DNA of 64,000 nucleotides from Acidobacteriota bacterium (GTDB lineage: Bacteria > Acidobacteriota > Vicinamibacteria > Vicinamibacterales > SCN-69-37), in assembly GCA_003242705.2 (NCBI GenBank), contig QGVF02000008.1, positions 7,194 through 71,193 of the forward strand, in the 5' to 3' direction. The notes below the pieces were generated by a model, which searched no databases, was not told the origin of the DNA, and saw nothing but the letters and a program-made list of their open reading frames with translations. Positions 51,436-60,725 of the stretch are shown piece by piece. How positions within the stretch are numbered: the stretch's first letter is position 1; each line of letters begins with the position of its first letter. The position numbers and the translations under genes were made by a program.

Positions 51436-54400
51436 CAGAAGTCGTAGCCAATCCAGAAATCGAACTTCATCTTGCGGAACGCGCTGCCGTTCGGCACGCA
51501 GTCGACGGTCGTGAGCGACGACTGGTAGCATGCGCGGTAGAGAGCGTCCTCGTACGTGCGGTTGAAGAGCGTCCGCCACGAGAAGTCGAAGTGCATCGGG
51601 AAGCCGAGCAGGAAGCTCTGCAGGCTCAGCCCGTACGACGCGCGACCGTTCACCAGCCGGAGGCCGCTGAGCTCGATGGGCTCGCCCAGGCGCGGCGTCG
51701 TCGAGTTGTCGGGATTGAGATCGTAGCCGACGACCGGCTGGAACGTTTCCGTGCGCGTCGTCAGGACGTTGAGCGGCTGGCCGTTGAAGCCCGCGGCGCC
51801 GAGGTTGACGAAGAAGGCGCCGCGCAGTCCGCCCAGCACGCCGATCGGCGTCAGCATGGCCTCGATGAGCGGGAACCGGAGCTCGGCATTCGCGAAGAAG
51901 CCCTGGTTGCCGATGAACTCGAGGTATTCGTAGCCCCGCATCTCGGAGTTGCCGCCGAAGTAGTTGAAGTCGGGATTGCGGCCCCAGCTCTTGAAGCCCT
52001 TGAACCGTGTCGCGAAGACGCCGGTCGACCCGATCCGCAGGTACTGCCGGATGTCGAGATCCGCGGTCTGACGCGACAGCCAGCTGCTGCCGAACGGCGG
52101 CGAGGCGTCGTACGAGACCTTGAACGTCCGGCCGGCCACGGGACCGAACTCGCGGAAGATCGTCGTCTCGTTCACGAGCGAGAGGCCGATCGGAATCATG
52201 TGCCCGTTGCGGAACAGCGTCTGGCCGTACCGTTCGAGCTGGTAGCGTTCGGCCTGCTCCTGGAGCGCCGAGTTCGTGTAGCCCTCGCTCAGGTGAACGT
52301 AGCCGCTGTAGGCCTCGAGGCGCGAGTAGCGGTTGAGCGGGTAGATGGCGAATGCGGTGGCGCCCCGCTGGCTCTGCACCGACTCGGCCAGGTCGCGGCT
52401 GATGAAGGGCGCGATCCGCGGGTCGTACAACGCCCCCGAGTTCGTGATGTCCTGTCCGAAGTAGTAGAGATCCTGTGAGAACGCCTGGAGCGCGTACTGG
52501 AGCCGGCGCTCCGCGTTGACGTACGTGAAGGCCGTCGTCCGGTACTGGGCGATCGACTGTGCGTAGAAGCTGACCTCCTTGTCGCCGAGCACGTCGGTGA
52601 AGGTCACCTGGGTGTTGCCGTACAGCGTGTTGCTGCTCGTGATGCCCAGGTTGAGCGGCGGCCGGCCGGCCAGCATCATCTTTTCCCACGCGCCCTTGCG
52701 GTGGATGTTGTCCGGCTGCAGCGTGTGGGCAATCGGCGCCGTGAACTCGAACACCGGGCCGGGCCCCCCGAAGTCGGCCGAGGCGACCGTGGCGATCGGC
52801 TCGTCGAGCGTGATGGTGTGGATGCTGTTCTCGCCCTTGTAGTACGACACGAACGCCACGCGCAGCGGGCCGTCCTGGCGCAGCACGACCGGCGAGACGT
52901 TGCCCGTCATCACGTCGGTCCACTGCTTCAGCTCGCCGGTGCGCAGATCGAGCGTCCAGACGTTCGGGATGTTCGCGTTGCGCACCTCCTCGAGCGTCAG
53001 CGGCGCCTCCGGGTCGGTGGCCGTCGAGGTGAACAGCAGCGTGTCGGCGTCGATGAACCGCGCGGCCGTGTCGTCGTGCGCGCCGAACGTGAGCTGTTCG
53101 CGCTCGCCCGTCGCCAGGTTCAGGCGGAAGAGCTTGTCGTTGCCGCCGATCCGCGCCGTATAGACGATCGACTGCCCGTCGGGCGCAAACGTCGGGGCGT
53201 AGTCGGCCGTCTGGTCGTTCGTCACGTTGCGCACGCTGCGCGACGTCAGGTCGAGCACGTAGATGTCGGTCACGCCGCTCGACAGCGCCGCGAACGCGAC
53301 GTAGCGGCCGTCGGGCGAGAAGGCGGGCGACTCCGGGGCGTCGAGGTGATCGAGCCGCACCCGCTGCTCGATCTTTCCGGTGACGACGTTGTGGATGATG
53401 AGGGTCTTCCCCTTGTTCTCGCGCGCGAAGTAGGCGACGCGATCGCCGACCGGCGCCCAGCTGATCCAGGGGACGAGGTTGCCGCGCAGCCCGCCGGCCG
53501 TGCCGATGTACTCGAAGCCGTGGTTGAGATCGAAGCCCTGTGTCAGGTTCCGGATGACCTGGCCGTCGTAGGCCGACAGCAGCACGATGTCGAGCTCGAG
53601 GTCGCGCCGGTTGCCGACGACGGCTGCGAGCATGTCGCCGCTCGGCGACGGCTCGAGTGACAGCACCGACACGAACGGTGTCCGCTCGACGCTCGGCGAC
53701 AGGTCGCGCCCGTAGTCGGCCGGCTGCTGCTTGTCGCGGAACGGCCGGAACCGCGCCTTCAGGTAGCGGTCGAACTGGCGGTCGAACTCGTCGGCCTCGA
53801 TCTTCAGCGCTTCCTCGTACGCCGTCTGGCCGCTGCCGAGCACGTTCTTGCGCAGCGAGAAGAGGAACTGCCGGACACCTTCCTTGCCCCAGCGCTCCTC
53901 GATGAACTCGAACGCGGCGTGGCCCATCGAGTAGGGCAGCCGGCCGCTCAGCGGCATGGCCTCGAACCGGCTCATCGGCGGGATGTTGTCGGTGAGCGCC
54001 GCGTCGCGCACCTGCATGAGGTCGACCGGATTCCAGTAGCCCGCCATGTAGTTGGCCAGCCCTTCGTCGACCCACAGCGGGAGGCCGGCGCCCATCACGC
54101 CGCGCGGGATGATGTCGAACGCGAAGATGTGCGTCAGCTCGTGCACGATGAGCCGGTAGAGCTGATCGGGCGGCTCGTCGATCGGCAGCACCATGCGGCG
54201 GCGATCGGGCTCGGCGAAGGCCAGCACGCCCTCAGGCAGCTCGCCGGCGATGTTGTTCGTCTGGAACTCGCTCTGCGTCTTGAAGAGGATGAGCGGGACG
54301 CGGGCCGCCAGGTCGTGTTTCAGGTCCGCGCTTATCCGCTGGTAGGCGCTCTCGGCGTACGAGGCCGTCCGCTCGAGGTGCGGCTCCACTTCGGGGTAGT

Positions 54401-54581
54401 AGTAGATTTCGAAGTGGTCGGTCGTGTAGATGTGCCACTCGAAGCGGTCGTAGCGGACCCGGTTCTTCCCGAAGTACGGCACGTACGGGGTCTGGGCCTC
54501 CACCGGCTCGGGTGCCAGGCCGATCGACACCCCGGCCACGGTCAGCAGGGTTACAGCGAGACGGAGACGGCGGAGCCGCAT
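51435..54581 (-). CDS. Outer-membrane Omp85/BamA-family protein fused to a gluzincin-like peptidase domain and a TolB/PD40 beta-propeller
   Basis: Signal peptide; FGKNRV; HELTH..WVDEGLANY; PAFSPDG, PTFAPDG repeats; EMRGY, NAELRFP, terminal WIGYDF. Confidence 0.8.
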   Translation of the reverse strand: MRLRRLRLAVTLLTVAGVSIGLAPEPVEAQTPYVPYFGKNRVRYDRFEWHIYTTDHFEIYYYPEVEPHLERTASYAESAYQRISADLKHDLAARVPLILFKTQSEFQTNNIAGELPEGVLAFAEPDRRRMVLPIDEPPDQLYRLIVHELTHIFAFDIIPRGVMGAGLPLWVDEGLANYMAGYWNPVDLMQVRDAALTDNIPPMSRFEAMPLSGRLPYSMGHAAFEFIEERWGKEGVRQFLFSLRKNVLGSGQTAYEEALKIEADEFDRQFDRYLKARFRPFRDKQQPADYGRDLSPSVERTPFVSVLSLEPSPSGDMLAAVVGNRRDLELDIVLLSAYDGQVIRNLTQGFDLNHGFEYIGTAGGLRGNLVPWISWAPVGDRVAYFARENKGKTLIIHNVVTGKIEQRVRLDHLDAPESPAFSPDGRYVAFAALSSGVTDIYVLDLTSRSVRNVTNDQTADYAPTFAPDGQSIVYTARIGGNDKLFRLNLATGEREQLTFGAHDDTAARFIDADTLLFTSTATDPEAPLTLEEVRNANIPNVWTLDLRTGELKQWTDVMTGNVSPVVLRQDGPLRVAFVSYYKGENSIHTITLDEPIATVASADFGGPGPVFEFTAPIAHTLQPDNIHRKGAWEKMMLAGRPPLNLGITSSNTLYGNTQVTFTDVLGDKEVSFYAQSIAQYRTTAFTYVNAERRLQYALQAFSQDLYYFGQDITNSGALYDPRIAPFISRDLAESVQSQRGATAFAIYPLNRYSRLEAYSGYVHLSEGYTNSALQEQAERYQLERYGQTLFRNGHMIPIGLSLVNETTIFREFGPVAGRTFKVSYDASPPFGSSWLSRQTADLDIRQYLRIGSTGVFATRFKGFKSWGRNPDFNYFGGNSEMRGYEYLEFIGNQGFFANAELRFPLIEAMLTPIGVLGGLRGAFFVNLGAAGFNGQPLNVLTTRTETFQPVVGYDLNPDNSTTPRLGEPIELSGLRLVNGRASYGLSLQSFLLGFPMHFDFSWRTLFNRTYEDALYRACYQSSLTTVDCVPNGSAFRKMKFDFWIGYDF

Positions 54582-54719
54582 GGCAACACCTCAGCTCTGG
54601 CGGAAAGCGGCGACGAATCCCTGTCGAATCTTACACCTCGCGGCCGCCGGCGGCACGGCCGGCCGGCCGGGCCGCGCGGCGCAGGGATCGACCGTGCGTG
54701 AGTGTAGTAAGGTGAGAGA

Positions 54720-55256
54720 GTGATGACCGACCGATCCGCTCGTGCATGGTGGACGAACCGCTGGCTGCGCGCGGCTGTCGTGGCCGTGATGCTCGGTGCC
54801 TGGCCGGCCTGCAACCGTCACACGGTCGGCCCCGAGGAGGCAGCTTACGCGCCGCTCGACTTCGTCCTCGAGAGCGTCGACGGGACAGAAGTGAGCCTGG
54901 CCGACTTCCGCGGCCGGCCGCTCGTCATCAACTTCTGGGCGACCTGGTGCGGCCCCTGCAAGCAGGAGGTGCCCTGGTTCGTCGAGTTCGCGGAGAAGTA
55001 CCAGGATCAGGGGCTGACAATCGTCGGGATCTCCGTCGACGACACGCCGGCTGACATCCAGGCCTTCTCCGAGCAGTACAACGTGAACTATCCCATGCTG
55101 GTCGGCCTCGGCCGCGACGACGTGGCGCGCGCGTACGACGCGCTGATGGCCATTCCGGTCACCTGGCTCATCCGCCCCGACGGGCGCGTGCACGCCAAGG
55201 TCACCGGCATCCACGGCAAGGACTGGTTCGACCAGCAGATTCAGGAGCTGTTCTGA
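54720..55256 (+). CDS. TlpA/ResA-like thiol-disulfide oxidoreductase (probable lipoprotein)
   Basis: INFWATWCGPCKQE, GISVD, IPVT; signal peptide ending PAC. Confidence 0.9.
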   Translation: MMTDRSARAWWTNRWLRAAVVAVMLGAWPACNRHTVGPEEAAYAPLDFVLESVDGTEVSLADFRGRPLVINFWATWCGPCKQEVPWFVEFAEKYQDQGLTIVGISVDDTPADIQAFSEQYNVNYPMLVGLGRDDVARAYDALMAIPVTWLIRPDGRVHAKVTGIHGKDWFDQQIQELF

Positions 55257-55279
55257 GCAACGCACGCAGGAAACCATCG

Positions 55280-55498
55280 GTGGCCGGCCCCGAGCGGGTA
55301 CGATTGGCCTGCGGCTGCAGCGCCTCGTTCCGGGCGGGCGTCGAGGGCAGCCCGGTGACCATCGTCATCGAGGTGAAGGCCGCCGCATGCCTGATCGAGA
55401 TGCACGTGGCCGGGCTTCCGGTCCACGACCATCGCGAGGCGCTCCGGCCGTCGACCCGCTACGCGCCGACGGTCCACCCCGATTACGAAGAAAGCTGA
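55280..55498 (+). CDS. Small Cys/His-containing hypothetical protein
   Basis: 72 aa; LACGC...C..EMH..HDH; AGGA SD; coding-like third positions. Confidence 0.6.
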   Translation: MAGPERVRLACGCSASFRAGVEGSPVTIVIEVKAAACLIEMHVAGLPVHDHREALRPSTRYAPTVHPDYEES

Positions 55499-55530
55499 CG
55501 GCCCGGCCGGACCGTCGGCGGGGCCGGATT

Positions 55531-56286
55531 TCAGCGTGCGGCCCTGATCCGCACGTCGGCCACCAGCGGCAGGTGATCCGACGCCACGAGCGACAGCCTC
55601 GTCCGCTCGAGCGAAATGCGCCGGATCTCCACGTTCCCCTGAAAGTAGATGTGATCGAGGTGCAGCACCGGGAAGAACCCCGGGTACGTGCGGCGCCGCT
55701 TCAGGTGGGGATAGAGGTCGATGCTTTCGAGCCGCTCCGCCAGGATGTCCGAGACCAGCCCTCGACCCCACTCGTTGAAGTCGCCGAGGACGATGCGCGG
55801 CCCGGTCACGTGCCGGTCGATGATCCAGTCGGCCAGCCGCGGCGCCTGGTAGCGCCGCTCGAGCAGCGCGGTACCGAGGTGCGCGTTGAAGACGTGCAGC
55901 AGGCCGACATCGCCGAGGTCGATCGCCACACGCTGCGCCCCGCGCGCTTCGCAGGTCTTCCACGACAGGTCGAGCCGCGCGTGCTCCCGAATCGGGAACC
56001 GGCTCAGCACGACGTTGCCGAACTGGTGACGCCGCAGCTCGCGCGTCGGCGCCATCACCCATCCCATGCCGAGCGCGGCGCCGAGCTGTTCGGCGTGTCC
56101 GGGACCCGTCGGGCCGGGGCCGATGACCTCCTGCAGCGCGACCACGTCGGGGTTGATCGCGGCGAGCACGGCCGCGATGCGGTCGGGACGCACCCGGCGG
56201 TCGAGCCCGCGGCAGCGATGGATGTTGTAGGTGACGACCCGCAGGTCGCACCAGTCTCTGGCGGTGCCGCGGGATCCGTCAGACAT
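55531..56286 (-). CDS. Endonuclease/exonuclease/phosphatase family protein (YbhP-like)
   Basis: TYNIH, ALQEV, GNVVLSR, NAHLG, GDFN, LDH, SDHLP; start moved to 56286. Confidence 0.9.
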   Translation of the reverse strand: MSDGSRGTARDWCDLRVVTYNIHRCRGLDRRVRPDRIAAVLAAINPDVVALQEVIGPGPTGPGHAEQLGAALGMGWVMAPTRELRRHQFGNVVLSRFPIREHARLDLSWKTCEARGAQRVAIDLGDVGLLHVFNAHLGTALLERRYQAPRLADWIIDRHVTGPRIVLGDFNEWGRGLVSDILAERLESIDLYPHLKRRRTYPGFFPVLHLDHIYFQGNVEIRRISLERTRLSLVASDHLPLVADVRIRAAR

Positions 56287-56339
56287 CGGGTGCGTGCGGC
56301 TGCCTCGCCAGCCGGGGGTGGTGCATGGCAAGTATCATA

Positions 56340-56374
56340 GTCAGGTCCGGTCGGTCGGACCGGCCGGACCTGAC
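56340..56374. repeat. Long GC-rich inverted repeat in a divergent promoter region
   Basis: GTCAGGTCCGG ... CCGGACCTGAC (11-bp perfect arms, extendable inward). Confidence 0.75.
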
Positions 56375-56389
56375 GTGAGGAACAGGGTC

Positions 56390-56692
56390 GTGGCGAAACT
56401 CCGCACCGAATTCGAAGTCGTCTGTCCGTGCTGCCGGGCCACGCTCGTCGTCGACGCCGGGCTCCAGCGCGTCATCCGCCACGCCGAGCCGGAGCGTCCC
56501 GACAGACCGAGCCTCGACGAGGCGGCGCGCATCCTCGAAGAACAGCGGGCGCGACGCGAATCGCTGTTCGAACAGTCGATCCAGTCGGAAAAGACGCGCA
56601 GCGACGCGCTGGCGCGCCGCTTCGAAGAAGCCCTCAAGCAGGCCCGCAGCGAGCCCATTACCAAGCCCGAGCGCGATTTCGACCTCGACTGA
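56390..56692 (+). CDS. Small hypothetical protein with CPCC knuckle and coiled coil
   Basis: GTG start after GAGGA; FEVVCPCCRATLVVD...KPERDFDLD. Confidence 0.7.
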   Translation: MAKLRTEFEVVCPCCRATLVVDAGLQRVIRHAEPERPDRPSLDEAARILEEQRARRESLFEQSIQSEKTRSDALARRFEEALKQARSEPITKPERDFDLD

Positions 56693-56716
56693 CTACGCCA
56701 GGGCCGTTCTCCGGGC

Positions 56717-57568
56717 CTAGCCGACGGCCCGGCGCATCGCGCTGAGCACCGTCTCGATCGACCAGTCATTCCCCGAATAGATCTCCAGGACGTGACCGTC
56801 GGCGCCCACCAGCGTCGTCCGGAGGTTGTGGCGGATCTCGCCGCCCGGTTCGTCGGGACGCACGATGCCGACGCCGAAGCGACCGGCGACGCGATCGACG
56901 GTCGCCGGATCTCCGGTCAGAAACGTCCAGACGGCCGGATCGGCGCCGAGCACTTCGGCATGCCTGGCGAGCACGTCCGGCGTGTCGTGCGACGGGTCGA
57001 TCGTGATCGTCACGAGACGGACCCGGCCGCGCAGCGTGTCATCGGCCGCAATGGCCTCCTGGAGCCGCGCGAAGTTGCGGTCGATGAGCGGGCAGTAGTT
57101 CGGCAGCGGGCACGTCGTGTAGGTGAAGCCGTAGAGCGTCGGCGTGCCGGTCCATTCGGCAAGCGAACGCCGGCGATCGGTCTGGTCAATCAGGGCCGCA
57201 TCGGGAACCGCGTCGCCCACCTCGAGCAGTCCAGCGGCCAGCGCAATCTCGTTGGTGTTCCCGGGCAGCGGAGCCGAGCCGGTGCGCTTCACGTCGAGCA
57301 GCCGGGCCTGCCCGTCGAGCACTTCCAGCGTGGCGCTGATCAGGTCGCCGGGCGTCAGGTCGAGCACCACCTCACGCTCGGCCGGGAACGTCATCGTCAT
57401 GGCCATCATGAAGCCGGGAATCTCGTCGTGCTTGACGGTCAGTTCGTTCCGGTCGAGGTGCACGGCCAGGACCTGACCCGTGAGCGGGTACCGGCTTGGC
57501 TGCGGTGGTGGCGTCGGGCTGCACGCAACGGCAGCGAGGAGCAACAGCGGGAGCAGTCGATGCACCAT
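56717..57568 (-). CDS. Lipoprotein: CusF-like copper-binding domain fused to an SCO1/SenC domain
   Basis: LLAAVAC lipobox; VKHDEIPGFMMAMTMTF; FTYTTCPLPNYCP; TIDP..DTP, WTFLTG, IRHN; start moved to 57568. Confidence 0.85.
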   Translation of the reverse strand: MVHRLLPLLLLAAVACSPTPPPQPSRYPLTGQVLAVHLDRNELTVKHDEIPGFMMAMTMTFPAEREVVLDLTPGDLISATLEVLDGQARLLDVKRTGSAPLPGNTNEIALAAGLLEVGDAVPDAALIDQTDRRRSLAEWTGTPTLYGFTYTTCPLPNYCPLIDRNFARLQEAIAADDTLRGRVRLVTITIDPSHDTPDVLARHAEVLGADPAVWTFLTGDPATVDRVAGRFGVGIVRPDEPGGEIRHNLRTTLVGADGHVLEIYSGNDWSIETVLSAMRRAVG

Positions 57569-57696
57569 GCCCCCAATTCTACGACCCGTGGCGACGATGG
57601 CCCGTCGGGCGCCGTTCACCGGGGCAGGGAGGTCACTGGCCGGAATGCCCGTGTCTGCGCACGTGCCGGTCCGTAGTGTGTTGGCAGGAAGGCACC

Positions 57697-57834
57697 ATGA
57701 GCACGTGGACATCGATCGGACTCGTCGTTGCTGCCGTCGCCGGACTGGCATCGGGGATCGCCGCGGCGGGGGTGTTCTGGCTCATACTGACGCAGCCGCG
57801 GACGCTCGTGCAGGTGCTTGCCGGGCTGCCGTAG
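57697..57834 (+). CDS. Small single-pass membrane protein (45 aa)
   Basis: MSTWTSIGLVVAAVAGLASGIAAAGVFWLILTQP; AGGAAGG SD; leader ending GGCACCATG like that of the next gene. Confidence 0.55.
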   Translation: MSTWTSIGLVVAAVAGLASGIAAAGVFWLILTQPRTLVQVLAGLP

Positions 57835-57843
57835 GAGGGCACC

Positions 57844-58176
57844 ATGCACAGGAGGAGACGCACCGTCATCGGAGTGCTGCTGATCGCGGCGGGCGTGGTG
57901 ATGCTGGGAGAGCAGACCGGGTGGTGGGAGCCCGGAGCGGTCTGGGGGCTGTGGCCGCTCGCGCTCGTTGCCGCCGGCATCAGGCGGGGCACGTCGAGCG
58001 CGCCGGGCATGCTGTGGATCGCCTGCGGCGCGGCGCTGCTGCCGTGGACGACCGGGCTGTGGTCGTTTGCCGCGACGCTATCGCTGCTGCTCGTGCTGTA
58101 CGGCATCGCGCTCCTGCGCGGCTGGTCGTGTGCGTGCCACGGCGCGGCGGGGAGGAATGGCATCCATGTCCGGTGA
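57844..58176 (+). CDS. LiaF/LiaI-like transmembrane protein (DUF5668-like)
   Basis: GVLLIAAGVVML..WPLALVAAG; GGAGG SD. Confidence 0.7.
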   Translation: MHRRRRTVIGVLLIAAGVVMLGEQTGWWEPGAVWGLWPLALVAAGIRRGTSSAPGMLWIACGAALLPWTTGLWSFAATLSLLLVLYGIALLRGWSCACHGAAGRNGIHVR

Positions 58177-58852
58177 GGCTCGGCGCGCCACACGGCTCAA
58201 TCCCCAGAGCGTGCTGGGCATCTTCATCGTGGTGGCCGGCCTGGTGATGCTGGCCGACAACCTGGGGATTGCCGAGGGGCGCCGGCTGCTCGCGTGGTGG
58301 CCTGTCGTGCTCGTGGTCGTCGGCGTCATGATGTACCGTCGCGCCGTCGAGCGCGGGCGCCGCATCTGGGCGGCGTTCCTGACGCTGCTCGGCGTGTGGT
58401 GGACGATGGCGCTCGTGGCCGGATGGCCGGTGAGGCTGTCGAGCATCTTCCCGCTGGCGCTCGTGGTCATCGGCGTCGTGATCGTCCAGCGCGCCCTGGC
58501 GCCGAAGCCCGTCGACGTGTCCGGCGGCCAGACCCTGTCGGACATCGCGTTCTGGTCGGGCGTCGAGCGGAAGGTGAACACGTCGAACTTCCGCCGGGCC
58601 GACCTGACGGCCATCATGGGCGGTATCCAGATCGACTTCCGCAATGCCGCGATCAACGGCGAGGCCGTCGTCGACCTCTTCGTCCTGATGGGCGGCATCG
58701 ATGTGCGGGTTCCGCCAGACTGGAACGTGACGACCCAGGTCGTGGCCGTCATGGGCGGCGTGCAGGATCGGAGTACGGGGCCGGCCGACAGTCCGCATCG
58801 GCTCGTCCTGCGCGGGTTCGTGCTGATGGGCGGTGTCGAGGTGAAGACCTGA
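58166..58852 (+). CDS. LiaF-like protein (TM region + DUF2154-like beta-repeat C-terminus)
   Basis: WWPVVLVVVG; AIMGGIQIDFR, VLMGGIDVRVP.DW, VLMGGVEVK; start moved to 58166. Confidence 0.8.
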   Translation: MSGEARRATRLNPQSVLGIFIVVAGLVMLADNLGIAEGRRLLAWWPVVLVVVGVMMYRRAVERGRRIWAAFLTLLGVWWTMALVAGWPVRLSSIFPLALVVIGVVIVQRALAPKPVDVSGGQTLSDIAFWSGVERKVNTSNFRRADLTAIMGGIQIDFRNAAINGEAVVDLFVLMGGIDVRVPPDWNVTTQVVAVMGGVQDRSTGPADSPHRLVLRGFVLMGGVEVKT

Positions 58853-58871
58853 GTCGAAGGAGAAGCGACAG

Positions 58872-59921
58872 GTGCACCCGGCGTTTGCCGATCGGCGCTG
58901 GTTCGGCCTCCACGTGATGCTCTGGACGGCCGGTGGCCTGGGCATCGGGGCCCTCAGCAGCAGCGCCTTCGGCTTTTCGTGGCCGTCGGCGCTGCTGTTC
59001 GGCGTGCCGCTCGGCCTGGTCGGCGGGCCGATTGCGCTGTCGGCCTGGTACGTCCTGGCTGCGGCGCCGGGCCGGCGTACGTCCGTGTCGCCGGTCGTCA
59101 CGGTGACCGTGGCGGCGATCGTCTCGTCGGCGCTGTGGGCATCGCTCGCGCAGGCGTGGTGGCGGACGCTGGGCGCGTGGCTCGGTTCGATGCCGATGCC
59201 CGGCGCGGGGGCCTTCGCGATGCTGTTCAGCGTCGGTCTGGCCGGGTATCTGCTCGCGGCCGCGTCGTATCAGGTGAGCCATGCGCGGGAGGCCACCGCA
59301 CGCGCGGAACGTCAGGCGCTGGAGTCCGAGGTCGCGCAGCGCGACGCCGAGCTGCGGGCGCTGCGCGCGCAGATCGATCCGCACTTTCTCTTCAACAGCC
59401 TGAACTCGATCGCCGGTCTGATCGATGGCGACCCGGCGCGCGCGCGGACGATGTGTCTGCGGCTGGGGGATTTCCTGCGCCGCAGCCTGCAGGTCGGTTC
59501 GGCCGATCGCATCCCGCTCGGCAGCGAGATGGCCCTGGTCGAGCAGTACCTGCGCGTCGAAGAGGTGCGCTTCGGCGACCGGCTGCACATTTCGATTCAT
59601 CTCGACCCGTCTACGGCTGACGCGTCGGTACCGCCGCTGCTGCTGCAGCCGCTCGTCGAGAACGCGGTGCGCCACGGGATCGCCACGACGCTCGACGGCG
59701 GGACCGTCTCGGTCGCTACGCGCCGGGCGGGTGAACGCGTCGTGATCGTCGTGGCGAACCCGCACGATGCCGAGGCGCGCCGCGCCGGGACCGGGCTCGG
59801 CCTCGACATCGTGCGTCGCCGGCTCGCGGCGACGTGGGGCGACGAGGCGTCGCTCGCGACCGAGCGGCTGGCCGCGGGGTTCCGCGTCTCGATCACGCTG
59901 CCCTACGAGGAGCACACATGA
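58872..59921 (+). CDS. LytS/YpdA-family sensor histidine kinase
   Basis: LRAQIDPHFLFNSLNSI, VRFGDRL, LLQPLVENAVRHG, GTGLGL. Confidence 0.92.
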   Translation: MHPAFADRRWFGLHVMLWTAGGLGIGALSSSAFGFSWPSALLFGVPLGLVGGPIALSAWYVLAAAPGRRTSVSPVVTVTVAAIVSSALWASLAQAWWRTLGAWLGSMPMPGAGAFAMLFSVGLAGYLLAAASYQVSHAREATARAERQALESEVAQRDAELRALRAQIDPHFLFNSLNSIAGLIDGDPARARTMCLRLGDFLRRSLQVGSADRIPLGSEMALVEQYLRVEEVRFGDRLHISIHLDPSTADASVPPLLLQPLVENAVRHGIATTLDGGTVSVATRRAGERVVIVVANPHDAEARRAGTGLGLDIVRRRLAATWGDEASLATERLAAGFRVSITLPYEEHT

Positions 59922-60682
59922 CTGAATCGGATCGAACGCTGCGCGTGATGGTCGTCGACGACGAGGAGCCGGCGCGCATGGCGATCAGAGCGGCGCTGGC
60001 GCGCGTCGGCGGCACGGTCGTCGCGGCCGAGTGCCGGAACGGCTTCGAGGCGGTCAAGGCGATTACCGACACGCCGCCCGACGTCGTGCTGCTCGACGTC
60101 CAGATGCCGAAGCTCGACGGGTTCGAGGTGCTCGAGCTGATCGGGCGTTCGGTGCCGGTCGTGTTCGTGACCGCGTACGACGAGTTCGCCCTGCGGGCGT
60201 TCGAGGTGCACGCGGTCGACTACCTGCTCAAGCCGGTGTCGGACGAACGGCTGGCCGAAGCGCTCGAGCGGGTGCGTGAGCGGCTCACCCGGGCGCGGGG
60301 GAGGGCCGAGGGGCCGGAGCCGGCGGTCCTTGCGGCGGCCGCGCGGGCGCCGGGTCAGCCGCTCGAGCGCGTGGTCATCCGCGACGGGGCGCAGGTGCAC
60401 GTCGTGCCGGTCGATCGGATTGACTACGTCGAGGCGCAGGACGACTACGTGGCGTTTCACACCGGCGGGCGGACACTGTTGAAGGAGCAGACGCTGGCGG
60501 ATCTCGAATCGCGGCTCGATCCCGGCCGGTTCGTGCGGATCCACCGCTCGTACCTGCTGAACATCGATCGGCTGGCGCGGGTGGAGCTGTATGCGAAGGA
60601 CAGCCGGATCGCGATTCTGACCGACGGCACGCGGTTGCCGGTGAGCCGGTCGGGACACCAGCGACTGCAGCAGCTGCTCTGA
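59918..60682 (+). CDS. LytTR-family response regulator
   Basis: VDDE, LLDVQMP, FVTAYD, YLLKP, FVRIHRSY, LPVSR; start moved to 59918. Confidence 0.93.
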   Translation: MTESDRTLRVMVVDDEEPARMAIRAALARVGGTVVAAECRNGFEAVKAITDTPPDVVLLDVQMPKLDGFEVLELIGRSVPVVFVTAYDEFALRAFEVHAVDYLLKPVSDERLAEALERVRERLTRARGRAEGPEPAVLAAAARAPGQPLERVVIRDGAQVHVVPVDRIDYVEAQDDYVAFHTGGRTLLKEQTLADLESRLDPGRFVRIHRSYLLNIDRLARVELYAKDSRIAILTDGTRLPVSRSGHQRLQQLL

Positions 60683-60725
60683 GGGGCGGGTCGCGCTTGA
60701 CGGGGGCGGTCCGGCGTGACACGGT

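Noticed and set aside
50947-54075. 1042-aa ORF suggesting a giant thioesterase fusion
   Set aside because: Only the last 162 aa are thioesterase-like; the upstream part is an off-frame shadow of the Omp85 gene. The same artefact inflates the track ORFs for pdp, udg, lipA, Atl and the first permease.
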